Origin: Bdellovibrionota bacterium | Lineage (GTDB): Bacteria; Bdellovibrionota_C; UBA2361; CALJRW01 | NCBI GenBank assembly: GCA_041740355.1 | Contig: JBGSMD010000054.1 | Span: 1-57,112 of the forward strand | DNA: 57,112 nucleotides | Direction: 5' to 3' | In this document: piece after piece, positions 8,968 to 18,638 of the stretch | Numbering within the stretch: the stretch's first letter is position 1 | How the letters are laid out: the number at the start of each line of letters is the position of its first letter | Position numbers and translations under genes: made by a program | The notes under the pieces: model-generated | The model's database searches: none | Told to the model about the DNA's origin: nothing | The model's input: the letters and a program-made list of their open reading frames with translations, nothing else

Positions 8968-11687
8968 TCCTTAACCCAAGGCCCTTGCCCTAAATTTAGA
9001 ATTTCTTGTGGTGGTAAGCTATACCAATTGCTTTTTAAGTTTGGATAATACTCCTCGGCTTCATTTAACGACTTAAATGCTCCAATTACTTCTAATGGTA
9101 CGGATTGTCCATTAAAACTATAAGATAACTTCTGACCGGAATCAAAAAACTTCTTAGCATAGCTACTAACTTCTTGCGGTAGGCGAATTCCAATTAACTC
9201 CCCAGTATTCCTAGAAAATAAATCTGGCCAGACACCCTCTGGAAGTCCATCACTTAATTCTAATACAAAGTAAGACCCCTTAGTCGTTGCCGCTGTATCT
9301 TTAAATTTAGGTTCAATTCGATCCGCTTCATCGAAACTTAATTCACTAGAATTAGTCTTTGGTGCAACTGGCGCGATTGGCTTATCCTGAGGTCTAATAG
9401 TTGAAGGCTTGGTGCCTTCATATAGCTGCCCATCAATTACGTTATCAATACTTTCATCAAATAATACTTCATTGCGTGTAGGATTAATTTTGTATTTCTC
9501 AATTACTTCTTGAAAAGAATCTCTTTGTTCAATAGTGTGATCACGTGCATCAAACTGATCTTTGATAATTCTTGGAGTAATAAAAATTAGTAGATTTGTT
9601 TTTAAATTGCGATCAGAATTTGTTCTAAACAAGAAACCTAAGAGTGGCATATCTTTTAGAAATGGAATACCACGAACTGCTTCAGTTATATTATCAGACA
9701 TCAATCCGCCGATTACTACCATCTGAGAATCTTTAGCAATCACTGTAGTATCACTTGTTCTTACAGTTGTAGTTGGCCCCAACGCGGAACCTTCGGTGCC
9801 ACTAACAACGTTTGATACTTCGGTAAATAATTTTAGTTTTACATAGTCACTAGAACTAATTTGAGGTGTGATCCTCAACGTAATACCAACATCCTGTCGA
9901 TCAACTTGATTAAATACATTATTTAAATCTGTCTGGTTACTGGCAGTGCTAGAAATGAAGGGCACATTACTACCAACAATAATTTCAGCATCTTCATTAT
10001 CAGTCGCAATAATTGTTGGAGAACTAAGTACATTCACATTTGAATTGTTCTGAGCAGCTCGAACCAACACTGATTGTGTCGGAATCGTGATACCACCAGG
10101 TAAGGTTAACGTTCCTGAACTTGCAGCAGCTAAAGTAAAATCTTGTAGCTGGGTTGGATTCTCAAGAAGAGTAGCTAAATTACCATAGCTATTACTTCCA
10201 AATACTCCGCCATCAGCTCCTCCCCCTGATCCAGTAAACTCTACTCCTAGAGATTTACTTTCATCAACACCTACTTCTAAGATCAAGGCTTCCACTACAA
10301 CTTGACGTCGCTTAACATCTAAATTCTTGAGAAGTTTTTTAATCTTTTCATAGTCGGTACGACTACCGATGATAATTAATGAGTTTGTGGCTGGATCCGC
10401 TGTAATCGTTAAGTTCTCCCCCAGATTAACCGAAGTTGCAGTTCTTGGCTCGCTACTAGAAGTTCCACTATTACTACCAGAATTACTTCCAGACTGTCCG
10501 AAGCCACCAGAAAACCGACTTTGTGATCCGTTATTGCTGTTTTGATTATTTCCTGATCTGTTGGAGTTACTACCAAAACCACCCTGCGAATTTGAATTTG
10601 AATTAGAGCCAGAATTTGTTCGACTACTACTAGATCCACTATTTCCGCCACCTGCCAATCCAGAAAGCACATCTGCTAAATCAGTAGCACTGGCATACTG
10701 ACAACGGTAAACGTAAAATCCATCCCCCGATAAATCCACTGGGCTATCTAATTGGTCAACTAAGGCTTGTATTCTAGCTGCTGTTTCGTTATCAGCAACA
10801 ACGATAATCGAATTAGTCCTTTCGTCACCAATAATTTTGGGGTCTTTTGCTCGAGAATTTACAGTAATATTTCCTGCTCTTGGAGGGCTCGCCTGCTCTT
10901 GATCGCTACCAGCTAGTCGTGTTGCTTGTCTATTACTAATCGGCAGTGCTAATCCAGCACCGGACTGCGCTTCCTTACTATCAATATTTAAAATCTGAGA
11001 AATTTTCTCTGCCAAATCTGAAGCATCAGCATGTTTTACTGGAATGATAATCATTTCCGAATCTGTTGCTGGCAAGTCCATCCGTTCAATTATTTCTACA
11101 AGACGATTAATATTGTCTTCTGAATCAATTAAAATCAGGGAATTTGTTGCTGGGTAGGCACTCACCAATCCATAAGTGGAGATTAACGAAGAAACTAATT
11201 CTTTAACATTCTCCGCAGAAACAAATTTAAGATTAATAAATCTGGTAACAACCGAGGCAGTTCCACGGCCAGTTCCTCCTTCAACAACAGGAATCGTGGT
11301 TTGTTTAGCTTCTGTTGCAGGAATAATCTTCCAGATGTTGTCCCCGATTGGAACCGAAGTAAAACCTTTTAAAGCTAGGACAGAATCTAAAATGTAAATA
11401 GCTTCTTCCGATGAAACCTTTCCTGGTAAATAGATAGAGACTGTTCCTTTAACTCGTTCATCAAGGATATAATTTCTCTTGGTCTTTTTACTAAAGATTC
11501 GAATTAAAGCTTCAATATCGGCATTCTTAACGTTTATTTCAGTATTTGAACCTTTAACTATTTCAGTCTCTAGTTTTTCATCAAGTTTAGGAGTTTGCGC
11601 CTGGACACTAGAAAAATCTGACCACCCACCACAAAGAGTAAGAGTCAAAAAAATAATAGCAATTTGTTTTAGGTGGAATTTAAACAT
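8964..11687 (-). CDS. gspD: T2SS secretin GspD with a C-terminal extension
   Basis: Signal peptide, N0-N3 domains, DVGITLRITPQI, IPFLKDMPLLGFLFR, LLIFITPRII. Confidence 0.96.
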   Translation of the reverse strand: MFKFHLKQIAIIFLTLTLCGGWSDFSSVQAQTPKLDEKLETEIVKGSNTEINVKNADIEALIRIFSKKTKRNYILDERVKGTVSIYLPGKVSSEEAIYILDSVLALKGFTSVPIGDNIWKIIPATEAKQTTIPVVEGGTGRGTASVVTRFINLKFVSAENVKELVSSLISTYGLVSAYPATNSLILIDSEDNINRLVEIIERMDLPATDSEMIIIPVKHADASDLAEKISQILNIDSKEAQSGAGLALPISNRQATRLAGSDQEQASPPRAGNITVNSRAKDPKIIGDERTNSIIVVADNETAARIQALVDQLDSPVDLSGDGFYVYRCQYASATDLADVLSGLAGGGNSGSSSSRTNSGSNSNSNSQGGFGSNSNRSGNNQNSNNGSQSRFSGGFGQSGSNSGSNSGTSSSEPRTATSVNLGENLTITADPATNSLIIIGSRTDYEKIKKLLKNLDVKRRQVVVEALILEVGVDESKSLGVEFTGSGGGADGGVFGSNSYGNLATLLENPTQLQDFTLAAASSGTLTLPGGITIPTQSVLVRAAQNNSNVNVLSSPTIIATDNEDAEIIVGSNVPFISSTASNQTDLNNVFNQVDRQDVGITLRITPQISSSDYVKLKLFTEVSNVVSGTEGSALGPTTTVRTSDTTVIAKDSQMVVIGGLMSDNITEAVRGIPFLKDMPLLGFLFRTNSDRNLKTNLLIFITPRIIKDQFDARDHTIEQRDSFQEVIEKYKINPTRNEVLFDESIDNVIDGQLYEGTKPSTIRPQDKPIAPVAPKTNSSELSFDEADRIEPKFKDTAATTKGSYFVLELSDGLPEGVWPDLFSRNTGELIGIRLPQEVSSYAKKFFDSGQKLSYSFNGQSVPLEVIGAFKSLNEAEEYYPNLKSNWYSLPPQEILNLGQGPWVKE

Positions 11688-12688
11688 TAATTAATTTCAT
11701 ATTGATAGGCTACTGGGCTCTTGCCACGCTCTAAATTTAGGTTGATTGATTTCTCTTCTCTTAACCTTTCAAATAGTTTAATCGCTTGTGTTATATCTGC
11801 CAAGCTACTGCCGTTAATATCTTTCAAAATATCCCCGTTTTTTAAACCAATTTCATCAAACATGCTACCTTTCTTTATCGCAAATAGACGTAATCCAACA
11901 GATTGACCATTTTGAAAATATGGAACGGCTCTTGCTTGTGTTAAGAGTTGGGGAAGATTGTCCAAGGCTTCATCTAATTTCTTGGAGTCAACCTTAACCA
12001 AACCACCCGCGGCCGAAACTCCCTCTGTCGAAGCTGGTGCACTGGTAGTTCCACCTTCATCCAAATACAGCAACTCTTTTTGTCCGTTACGTTCAATCTC
12101 AACAGATTCAGAATTAATACTAATTAGCTTTGCTTCATCAAAAAGATTGGCACCCAGTAAAAAAACATCCTGCTCATTAGACTTCGGATTCATGATTATA
12201 GCTAAGGGATCAGCTTGATCGAGGAAAGTACCAACCAAACGAAAATCTGTGTTTATCTTAGGTTTCTCTTCTACCTTTGGCTGTAATAAAGTTTCCGCCT
12301 TCAGATCGCCAAAAATCTTCTTATCTGAAATAACCAAAGCCGGCTCTTTTAGCTCAGAGAGGTTTGTATTTTGTAAATTTTGTAAGCGCTGCGCAACTTG
12401 GTTTTCAGTTAACTGTACTTGATTGCTAACATTAAGACGTTTTTTAAAGACACTCAGAAATTGAATGGTGATAATAATGACCAGCAATAATAAAATCACA
12501 ACTCTTGAAATTTTAACCAAAAGGTCAAAATTCCTCTTTTTATTTAAATAAGCAAAATTGATAGATTTGAGCTGCACGAAGTTAAGTTTGTTTAATATAA
12601 CAGTGTAAAAAGAGGATATTTCCCCTATTTTTAGTATAATAAGTTTTTGAACTCTCCCTAGTATACTAAGCAGATTAAATACGGGCAA
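11687..12688 (-). CDS. gspC: T2SS protein GspC with PDZ domain (start probably downstream of 12688)
   Basis: TM segment, HR domain (LVGTF..IERNGQKELL), PDZ domain (GLKNGDILKDING). Confidence 0.9.
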   Translation of the reverse strand: MPVFNLLSILGRVQKLIILKIGEISSFYTVILNKLNFVQLKSINFAYLNKKRNFDLLVKISRVVILLLLVIIITIQFLSVFKKRLNVSNQVQLTENQVAQRLQNLQNTNLSELKEPALVISDKKIFGDLKAETLLQPKVEEKPKINTDFRLVGTFLDQADPLAIIMNPKSNEQDVFLLGANLFDEAKLISINSESVEIERNGQKELLYLDEGGTTSAPASTEGVSAAGGLVKVDSKKLDEALDNLPQLLTQARAVPYFQNGQSVGLRLFAIKKGSMFDEIGLKNGDILKDINGSSLADITQAIKLFERLREEKSINLNLERGKSPVAYQYEIN

Positions 12689-12696
12689 GTCATCCG

Positions 12697-13467
12697 TTAC
12701 TTCATCGATTCGAGCGGAAGACCTTCAGGTACTACCCTTTTATTTGGATGCGGTAACTGCTTAGACTGCAAATCTTGCTTTTTACGTTCTCTTACTTTTG
12801 CGGCTTCCAAAAGCTCTTGTTTTTTATAGTAATTCACTAAATAGTTTTGATAAGAAACTAGTACTTCCCCAATCTTTTGAAGCGATTTTTGGGCACTAAT
12901 TGAATAATCTGAATCGGGATAATCTTTTACAACCTGTTCATAATATTTTTTTGCTTCTAGTAATGGTGTTGGATCGCGACCAAGTCCCCCAAATGTCTGT
13001 TCATAACTTAAACCAGCAAGCGTTAATAAATATGGTGTTGCCCGGGCTTCTGGATACAAATCCATAAATTCATCAACTAATTTCACAACTTCAGCAAAGT
13101 TTCCTGAATAAAATTTGGCGTCAATTAATTTTAATTTTGCAGGTTCTTTAAACTCGCCATCGGGGTAGGTATTTAGTAATACCTCTAATACTTGGGAACA
13201 ATTATTAAATTGCCGTTCATCATAGGCATTCACCGCATCGGCAAACAATTCTCTTTCAGAATGTTCAGAATCAACAATTTTGCTATATTTCAATTCTTCT
13301 CGCCCTCTAGCGTCCAAACTTCGTCCCGCACAGCCAACACAAATCAAAATAAAAAAAATAGTTGTAACTATCTGGTAATATTTTGTTATATAGTTAGTCA
13401 TAAAATGATGATCTGTGAAAATCGCTACTAAGATTTTAGAATAATACCAATGTAAAGAAATTTGCAA
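12697..13467 (-). CDS. bamD: Outer membrane assembly lipoprotein BamD (start probably ~13401)
   Basis: Lipobox CVGC, TPR-like repeats, RDPT..A..YP.S.Y pattern. Confidence 0.8.
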   Translation of the reverse strand: MQISLHWYYSKILVAIFTDHHFMTNYITKYYQIVTTIFFILICVGCAGRSLDARGREELKYSKIVDSEHSERELFADAVNAYDERQFNNCSQVLEVLLNTYPDGEFKEPAKLKLIDAKFYSGNFAEVVKLVDEFMDLYPEARATPYLLTLAGLSYEQTFGGLGRDPTPLLEAKKYYEQVVKDYPDSDYSISAQKSLQKIGEVLVSYQNYLVNYYKKQELLEAAKVRERKKQDLQSKQLPHPNKRVVPEGLPLESMK

Positions 13468-13655
13468 CGCAAAGGACTAAGCATTTTGATATTAGGGTTT
13501 AATTATAAAGGCGTCAAATAATAGTTGTTTTGTTAAACTTTCTATTTCTAAAATTATTTCCTTTACTACGATTGTTACATTATCAGATAATAACGAGAGT
13601 AGAGCTCACGCTTTTACTCAATAAAAATCAGCTTTATTTATCTTTGGAATATACT

Positions 13656-14249
13656 ATGAAACATCTACTTATACTGCTTTCCTTTATGCTTAGCGTTAAT
13701 ATTTGCTCTGCTGAAAAAGTTGAGCTTGATTTATCTAACAGTCAACTAACTTGGCTGGGTAAAAAAGTTAGTGGTCAGCACAATGGGACAATTAAATTTA
13801 AATCTGGCTATTTAAATATTGTTGATGACCAAGTTAAAAATGGTGAGTTTATATTAGATATGAACTCAATCACCAATGCTGATATTGAATCCCCAGAATA
13901 TAAAGCAAAACTAGAAAACCATTTAAAATCAAATGACTTCTTTAATGTTGAACAATATCCTGAAGGAAAATTTGTTATTAAAGGAATTAAGCCGGGCACA
14001 ATCCCAAGTGAATCCGCAACAGTAATTGGCGAATTAACGATTAAAGACAAAACACACTTAATCGAACTTCCTGCTAATATCCAAAAAGTTGCTACCGCTT
14101 ATCAAGGAGAGGGCAAGACAACAATTGATCGCACTAGGTGGGATATCCGTTATAACTCTGATAAATTCTTCGACCCTGCAGAACTTGGGGATAAGCTAAT
14201 TTACAATGATATTGAGATTGGATTGATAGTAAAAACTAAAGCTTCTTAG
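13656..14249 (+). CDS. YceI family periplasmic lipid-binding protein
   Basis: Signal peptide; WLGKKVSGQHNG, HLKSNDFFNVEQYP, IDRTRWDIRY. Confidence 0.9.
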   Translation: MKHLLILLSFMLSVNICSAEKVELDLSNSQLTWLGKKVSGQHNGTIKFKSGYLNIVDDQVKNGEFILDMNSITNADIESPEYKAKLENHLKSNDFFNVEQYPEGKFVIKGIKPGTIPSESATVIGELTIKDKTHLIELPANIQKVATAYQGEGKTTIDRTRWDIRYNSDKFFDPAELGDKLIYNDIEIGLIVKTKAS

Positions 14250-14263
14250 TTTAACTTTTTAGA

Positions 14264-14287
14264 GAGACATGGCGATTGCCCTGTCTC
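14264..14287. terminator. Hairpin between convergent genes
   Basis: GAGACA-T-GGC-GATT-GCC-C-TGTCTC. Confidence 0.45.
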
Positions 14288-14641
14288 CTATTCTCTAGAA
14301 GTACTTCGATTTTTTCGAAATTCTTCCAAGTCGATTACATTTTCTGAGGTTCTTAACTTCTGTTCCTCAGGAAATATCAATAACTTAAAATCTGCTAATA
14401 TACCTTCTGTTAATTGATCTTCAAATTCTGAGTTTGCCGCAAGTTTAACTAAATCTTCTGATTTTAATTTACTAACTACTCTTATAAAAAGATTCAACAG
14501 AATTTGTCGTTGGTCGGACTCAAGCTCAGCTAGCTGATCTAATAAAACTTGAGCATCCCGACCACCGACACTGTCCATTAAAGTTGCGAGTTGGAGGCGT
14601 AATGCTTTTAAAGTTAAGGAAAATTCACCATTTGAGTTCAT
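14288..14641 (-). CDS. Hypothetical protein with C-terminal NVIDLEEFRK motif
   Basis: 117-aa helical ORF. Confidence 0.65.
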   Translation of the reverse strand: MNSNGEFSLTLKALRLQLATLMDSVGGRDAQVLLDQLAELESDQRQILLNLFIRVVSKLKSEDLVKLAANSEFEDQLTEGILADFKLLIFPEEQKLRTSENVIDLEEFRKNRSTSRE

Positions 14642-14757
14642 ACTATATATTCAGAAGTTAAGGCTTAATTGATTCAGCTATTATCGCAGATCTTAGCATT
14701 TGAAGTATATTTAAACTAATCTGCGAAGTGTCAGGGAACTCGGGGAGATATAAGTTA

Positions 14758-14835
14758 TATTGTTATGACAATAAGTAATTTACGAATTTTTAAAAGTTAG
14801 TTTAGTGTTTTTGTTATAACTATATGATATTATTG
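14758..14835 (+). mobile_element. Partial MITE family B copy (first hairpin)
   Basis: TATTGTTATGACAATAAGTAATTTAC..TTTTGTTATAACTATATGAT matches 29685-29760 and 44757-44830. Confidence 0.7.
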
Positions 14836-14920
14836 ACTTCACAAGGTATCAGGGATGTCGGGGAAGCCTCAGGGGATTTGAGGAGTAGGATTTGGAGCGC
14901 AGGGGTAAATTATTTTTAGG

Positions 14921-14948
14921 CAAAAAAAAGGAGGCTTAAAGCCTCCTT
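14921..14948 (-). terminator. Rho-independent terminator of pal
   Basis: AAGGAGGC-TTAAA-GCCTCCTT with a T-run on the minus strand. Confidence 0.8.
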
Positions 14949-14967
14949 CCTTGCGGATTGTGAAAAC

Positions 14968-15483
14968 CTATTGTTTTTCACCAAAACCAGCAAAGTGTAC
15001 ACGTCTGTTTTTAGCCCATGAAGACTCGTCACCAGCTGTATCAAGTGGTAACTCTTCACCATAGCTAACTGTTGAAAGTCTTGAAGAATCAAAACCAAGT
15101 CCAATCATAGCATCTTGAACTGCTTTAGCACGTTTAGAACCAAGAGCCATGTTGTATTCGTTAGTTCCTCTTTCATCACAATGTCCTTCTAATTGTAACT
15201 GGATATTTGGATAGCTCTGAAGAACCTGCATGTTGTACTCAAGATCTTGTAGAGCATATTCATCAACGCTGCTAGAATCATAACCAAACATGATGTCACG
15301 GAAAATCCCTTCACCTTCAGCAGATGGAATTTGACCTTCACCAAAACGCGCATCGTATTGTCCAGCTAGATCTGATTCTGAAAGTGGGCGTCCATCAGGT
15401 CCAAGTGGTTTCTTTGAGCTACAAGATGTTGTAACAAGAGCCAACACAAAAACAATAAAAATGGTGTTTAATTTTTTAATCAT
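14968..15483 (-). CDS. pal: Peptidoglycan-associated lipoprotein Pal
   Basis: Lipobox TTSC; EGHCDERGTNEYNMALG; SYGEELP; WAKNRR. Confidence 0.92.
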   Translation of the reverse strand: MIKKLNTIFIVFVLALVTTSCSSKKPLGPDGRPLSESDLAGQYDARFGEGQIPSAEGEGIFRDIMFGYDSSSVDEYALQDLEYNMQVLQSYPNIQLQLEGHCDERGTNEYNMALGSKRAKAVQDAMIGLGFDSSRLSTVSYGEELPLDTAGDESSWAKNRRVHFAGFGEKQ

Positions 15484-15627
15484 ATGGTTTAACTTGAAAT
15501 AATAAATTTTTTTTGAAAAAAATCGTTGCCGATTGGTGTCATACTGTCTACGCACAAATCCCCAATCTGGCTGAGGCAAAATGCGTCTACAGTATTTAAA
15601 CCTAACTGATTAAAAACACAAGCACTT

Positions 15628-17007
15628 ATGACAAAAATCTCTGATTTAAAAAATATTTTTCAGGCAAATAAATCTACATATTTAACAGAGTTATCCGAAT
15701 ATATCAGCTTTAAAAGTGTAAGCGCCGATCCAGCATTTATCGAAGACTGCAATTACTGTGCAAAATGGCTTAGTAAGCACCTTACTAATATTGGCTTGAA
15801 TTCTGAGATCTTAACTACAGGTGGATGTCCTACGGTTTATGCCGAAAGAATCGTAGATTCCAAAGCTCCTACTCTACTTGTTTATGGACACTATGACGTT
15901 CAACCAGCTGCTTGGGATGAAAACTGGCACAGCGATCCCTTTGTGATGACTAGTAAAGGCGATGACCTATTTGCACGAGGAATTGGAGACAATAAAGGTC
16001 AAACTTTTTATATCATTAAAGCTGTTCAGCATCTTCTATCCAAAGACGCTTTAAATAATATCAATTTGAAATTTCTAATTGAAGGTGAAGAAGAATGCGG
16101 TAGCCCTAACACCATGAAATCCCTAGCTAGTTGGAAAAGCAAACTTGGTTGTGATCAAGTTTTAATCTGTGACTCGATGATGCTCACCCCTACTCAGCCT
16201 GTTGTGGCTGTTGGGATGCGTGGAATCTTTGCTTTTAATGCCACGCTTAAAGGACCGGACTCCGACGTACACTCTGGTCACTTTGGTGGACTAATTAAAA
16301 ATCCGGCTACCGAAATGTCAAAACTAGTTGCCAAGCTTTTTAATGAAGATGGCACTATTGCTGTTCCGGGATATTATGATGCTGTTCCTGCTCCCACTGA
16401 AGAAGACTTATCAATTTTAGATGATCTGCCAAATCTAAATACAATGAAAGAAGTTGTGGGAATGGAAGCCCTTGGTACAGAGAAAGGAATTCATCCTAGA
16501 ATTTCAAATATGTATCGACCAACTATTGAAATTAATGGAATTCAATCCGGTTACAACGGCGCAGGCAGCAAATCAATTATTCCAAGTTCAGCAACACTAA
16601 ATGTTACTTGTCGAACTGTTGGCAAACAAGATCCAGAACATCTTGCTAAAATTATTCAAAAGTATTTACAAGAACATTGCCCAAAAGAACTAACTCTTAC
16701 TTTTGAAGTTCGTGAAAGTGGGTGTAGTGGAATTAAACTTGGTGCAAATGCCAAAGGCAAAGAATTAGCAGCACAAGTTTTTAATGAAATGTTTGATAGT
16801 AAATGTTTGTTCTACACTGACCCCGCTAGCATTCCAATTATTCCAACTCTTGTTAAGTATACTTCCGAAGATCTTTTTGTCACTGGCTTTGGTCTTCAAG
16901 ATGACAACTGGCATGGATTTAACGAACGCTTTAGCATTTCCAGATTTGAGATGGGATTTGTTTTTTCTACATTATACATTGAGAGATTTGCGGAGTGGTA
17001 TCAATAG
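15628..17007 (+). CDS. M20 family dipeptidase
   Basis: YGHYDVQP, RGIGDNKG, EGEEE, HGFNE metal ligands. Confidence 0.92.
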   Translation: MTKISDLKNIFQANKSTYLTELSEYISFKSVSADPAFIEDCNYCAKWLSKHLTNIGLNSEILTTGGCPTVYAERIVDSKAPTLLVYGHYDVQPAAWDENWHSDPFVMTSKGDDLFARGIGDNKGQTFYIIKAVQHLLSKDALNNINLKFLIEGEEECGSPNTMKSLASWKSKLGCDQVLICDSMMLTPTQPVVAVGMRGIFAFNATLKGPDSDVHSGHFGGLIKNPATEMSKLVAKLFNEDGTIAVPGYYDAVPAPTEEDLSILDDLPNLNTMKEVVGMEALGTEKGIHPRISNMYRPTIEINGIQSGYNGAGSKSIIPSSATLNVTCRTVGKQDPEHLAKIIQKYLQEHCPKELTLTFEVRESGCSGIKLGANAKGKELAAQVFNEMFDSKCLFYTDPASIPIIPTLVKYTSEDLFVTGFGLQDDNWHGFNERFSISRFEMGFVFSTLYIERFAEWYQ

Positions 17008-17011
17008 TAAA

Positions 17012-18481
17012 TTATTCCGGGTTAAGTAACTGACCATGATAATAAACAACTAATCCATTGCGCTTGTAATAGGCGGATTCGTATTGAAAATAGTCCCCTT
17101 GGTAAGTTATTATTTCAGCACCATCTTTATACCTAAAAGCAGAAATATAGGCATGAGGAATAAGGTTTGATATTAACTTTGCCGGCGGGAGTTCTCCCTG
17201 TCCTGCTTCACAGGCTAAAAGAGCTATTTCGCCACCGTCATAAATATAAGAACCAATTTGTCTGAATAAGTCTCCTGCTTCACGCCCAATTCTTAATTGT
17301 GAATTCCAGAGTTCACTATTATCCTCTTGATAATTAATATTTAATGATAAGCCTTGGTAGTTTCCATGAGAAGAAATCATAATCGACTGGATGTAAGGCT
17401 CATTGCCATCCGCAAAGAATTGAATCCGTTCAGCTATTTCCTTGACACTTCCGGCCTCAATAACGATTAGTTGGGACTGATGTTCCGACACCTGCATAGC
17501 TAGTATGCTATGTGTATCTTTCCAATTTAGGAAAGTATCACTATGGTCACTAAGTGTATTTATTAGAAAGACAGAACTAACGCCTGTCTCTGTATAGCTT
17601 AATTGTGCAATTAATACTTCTGGATCATAGCGCGCAAAAGATCTAATCCCATATAGAACCCTAAGCTCACTAGTACTACCAGGCTGTAATTCCTCCAATT
17701 CAATCATTACTCTAAGCTGCTCACTTACATTTGCTACCAGTCCAGCTTCGCTAGAAGAAGTTTTCCAAGCATCAAACAAACATTGACACTCTTTAACTGT
17801 GATCAATTGATCATAACCAATCTTTGGGGTAACTAAATAAGAAAAAAAATTCTGCAACACGTAGTCATCGATAGTCCCTGATTTAAATAAAATAAAAGCT
17901 TCTCCAATCAAGGTACTATCTTTATTTTCTAAGTGTTCCTCTCTAAGCTTTAAAAATATTTCTCGGCAATCTTTCTCAATGGTATTCCTAAGTTGCGGAT
18001 CAAATGGCATGACCGGTGCAAGGATCATGAAATAGGCTTTCATCCAATTTGCTAAATATGTAGGATTTTCGTCCGGTGGAAATGTTAAGGAAATTAACTC
18101 AACAGATCTTGTTAAAATTTCACCTGCGAGCTCCAAAGAAGTTTGACATGTCCCACCAATATTGAGTAAAAATTCCAATGAAAGCTCTCGATCCACAGAA
18201 GGCATCGTTTTTAAATCTAAAATAATTTGTTCTTTGTTTACTTCTAAATATTCAGCTAAAGAGATAACTAAAGGATAACTAAGTGAATGATTACTTTCAT
18301 CTAGATAAATAAGAATACAATCTTCAAGGATTGCTAGATCTACCAGCGGCGGATTACTTTTCAAATAAGAATAAAACTTTCTAAGTGCATGAATTGAATC
18401 ATCAGGGCTCATCTCTCCTTCAATAGAGCTAATTCCCTCAATCAATTCAATTACAGGCAGAAATCTTGTGGCTTCATTCAT
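17012..18481 (-). CDS. Hypothetical protein with a possible C-terminal His-Cys (clan CD-like) domain
   Basis: ISSHG ... LLACEAG spacing; 489-aa open frame. Confidence 0.6.
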   Translation of the reverse strand: MNEATRFLPVIELIEGISSIEGEMSPDDSIHALRKFYSYLKSNPPLVDLAILEDCILIYLDESNHSLSYPLVISLAEYLEVNKEQIILDLKTMPSVDRELSLEFLLNIGGTCQTSLELAGEILTRSVELISLTFPPDENPTYLANWMKAYFMILAPVMPFDPQLRNTIEKDCREIFLKLREEHLENKDSTLIGEAFILFKSGTIDDYVLQNFFSYLVTPKIGYDQLITVKECQCLFDAWKTSSSEAGLVANVSEQLRVMIELEELQPGSTSELRVLYGIRSFARYDPEVLIAQLSYTETGVSSVFLINTLSDHSDTFLNWKDTHSILAMQVSEHQSQLIVIEAGSVKEIAERIQFFADGNEPYIQSIMISSHGNYQGLSLNINYQEDNSELWNSQLRIGREAGDLFRQIGSYIYDGGEIALLACEAGQGELPPAKLISNLIPHAYISAFRYKDGAEIITYQGDYFQYESAYYKRNGLVVYYHGQLLNPE

Positions 18482-18638
18482 GGCAAGTTTGTTATGACAC
18501 TTAAGATCTATTTGTTACTTTTAAATTCCAAAATACATATGCCATTTTTTACTAAAAATATAATTGTTACGTATAGTTAGCTAAAACCATTACTAAATTT
18601 GTTTGCCATTATGTACAAAGTAAATCTATTATTAACAG

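Noticed and set aside
10440-10660. Low-complexity Ser/Gly/Asn tract in gspD as a repeat element
   Set aside because: It is the usual disordered loop in the secretin N3 domain.
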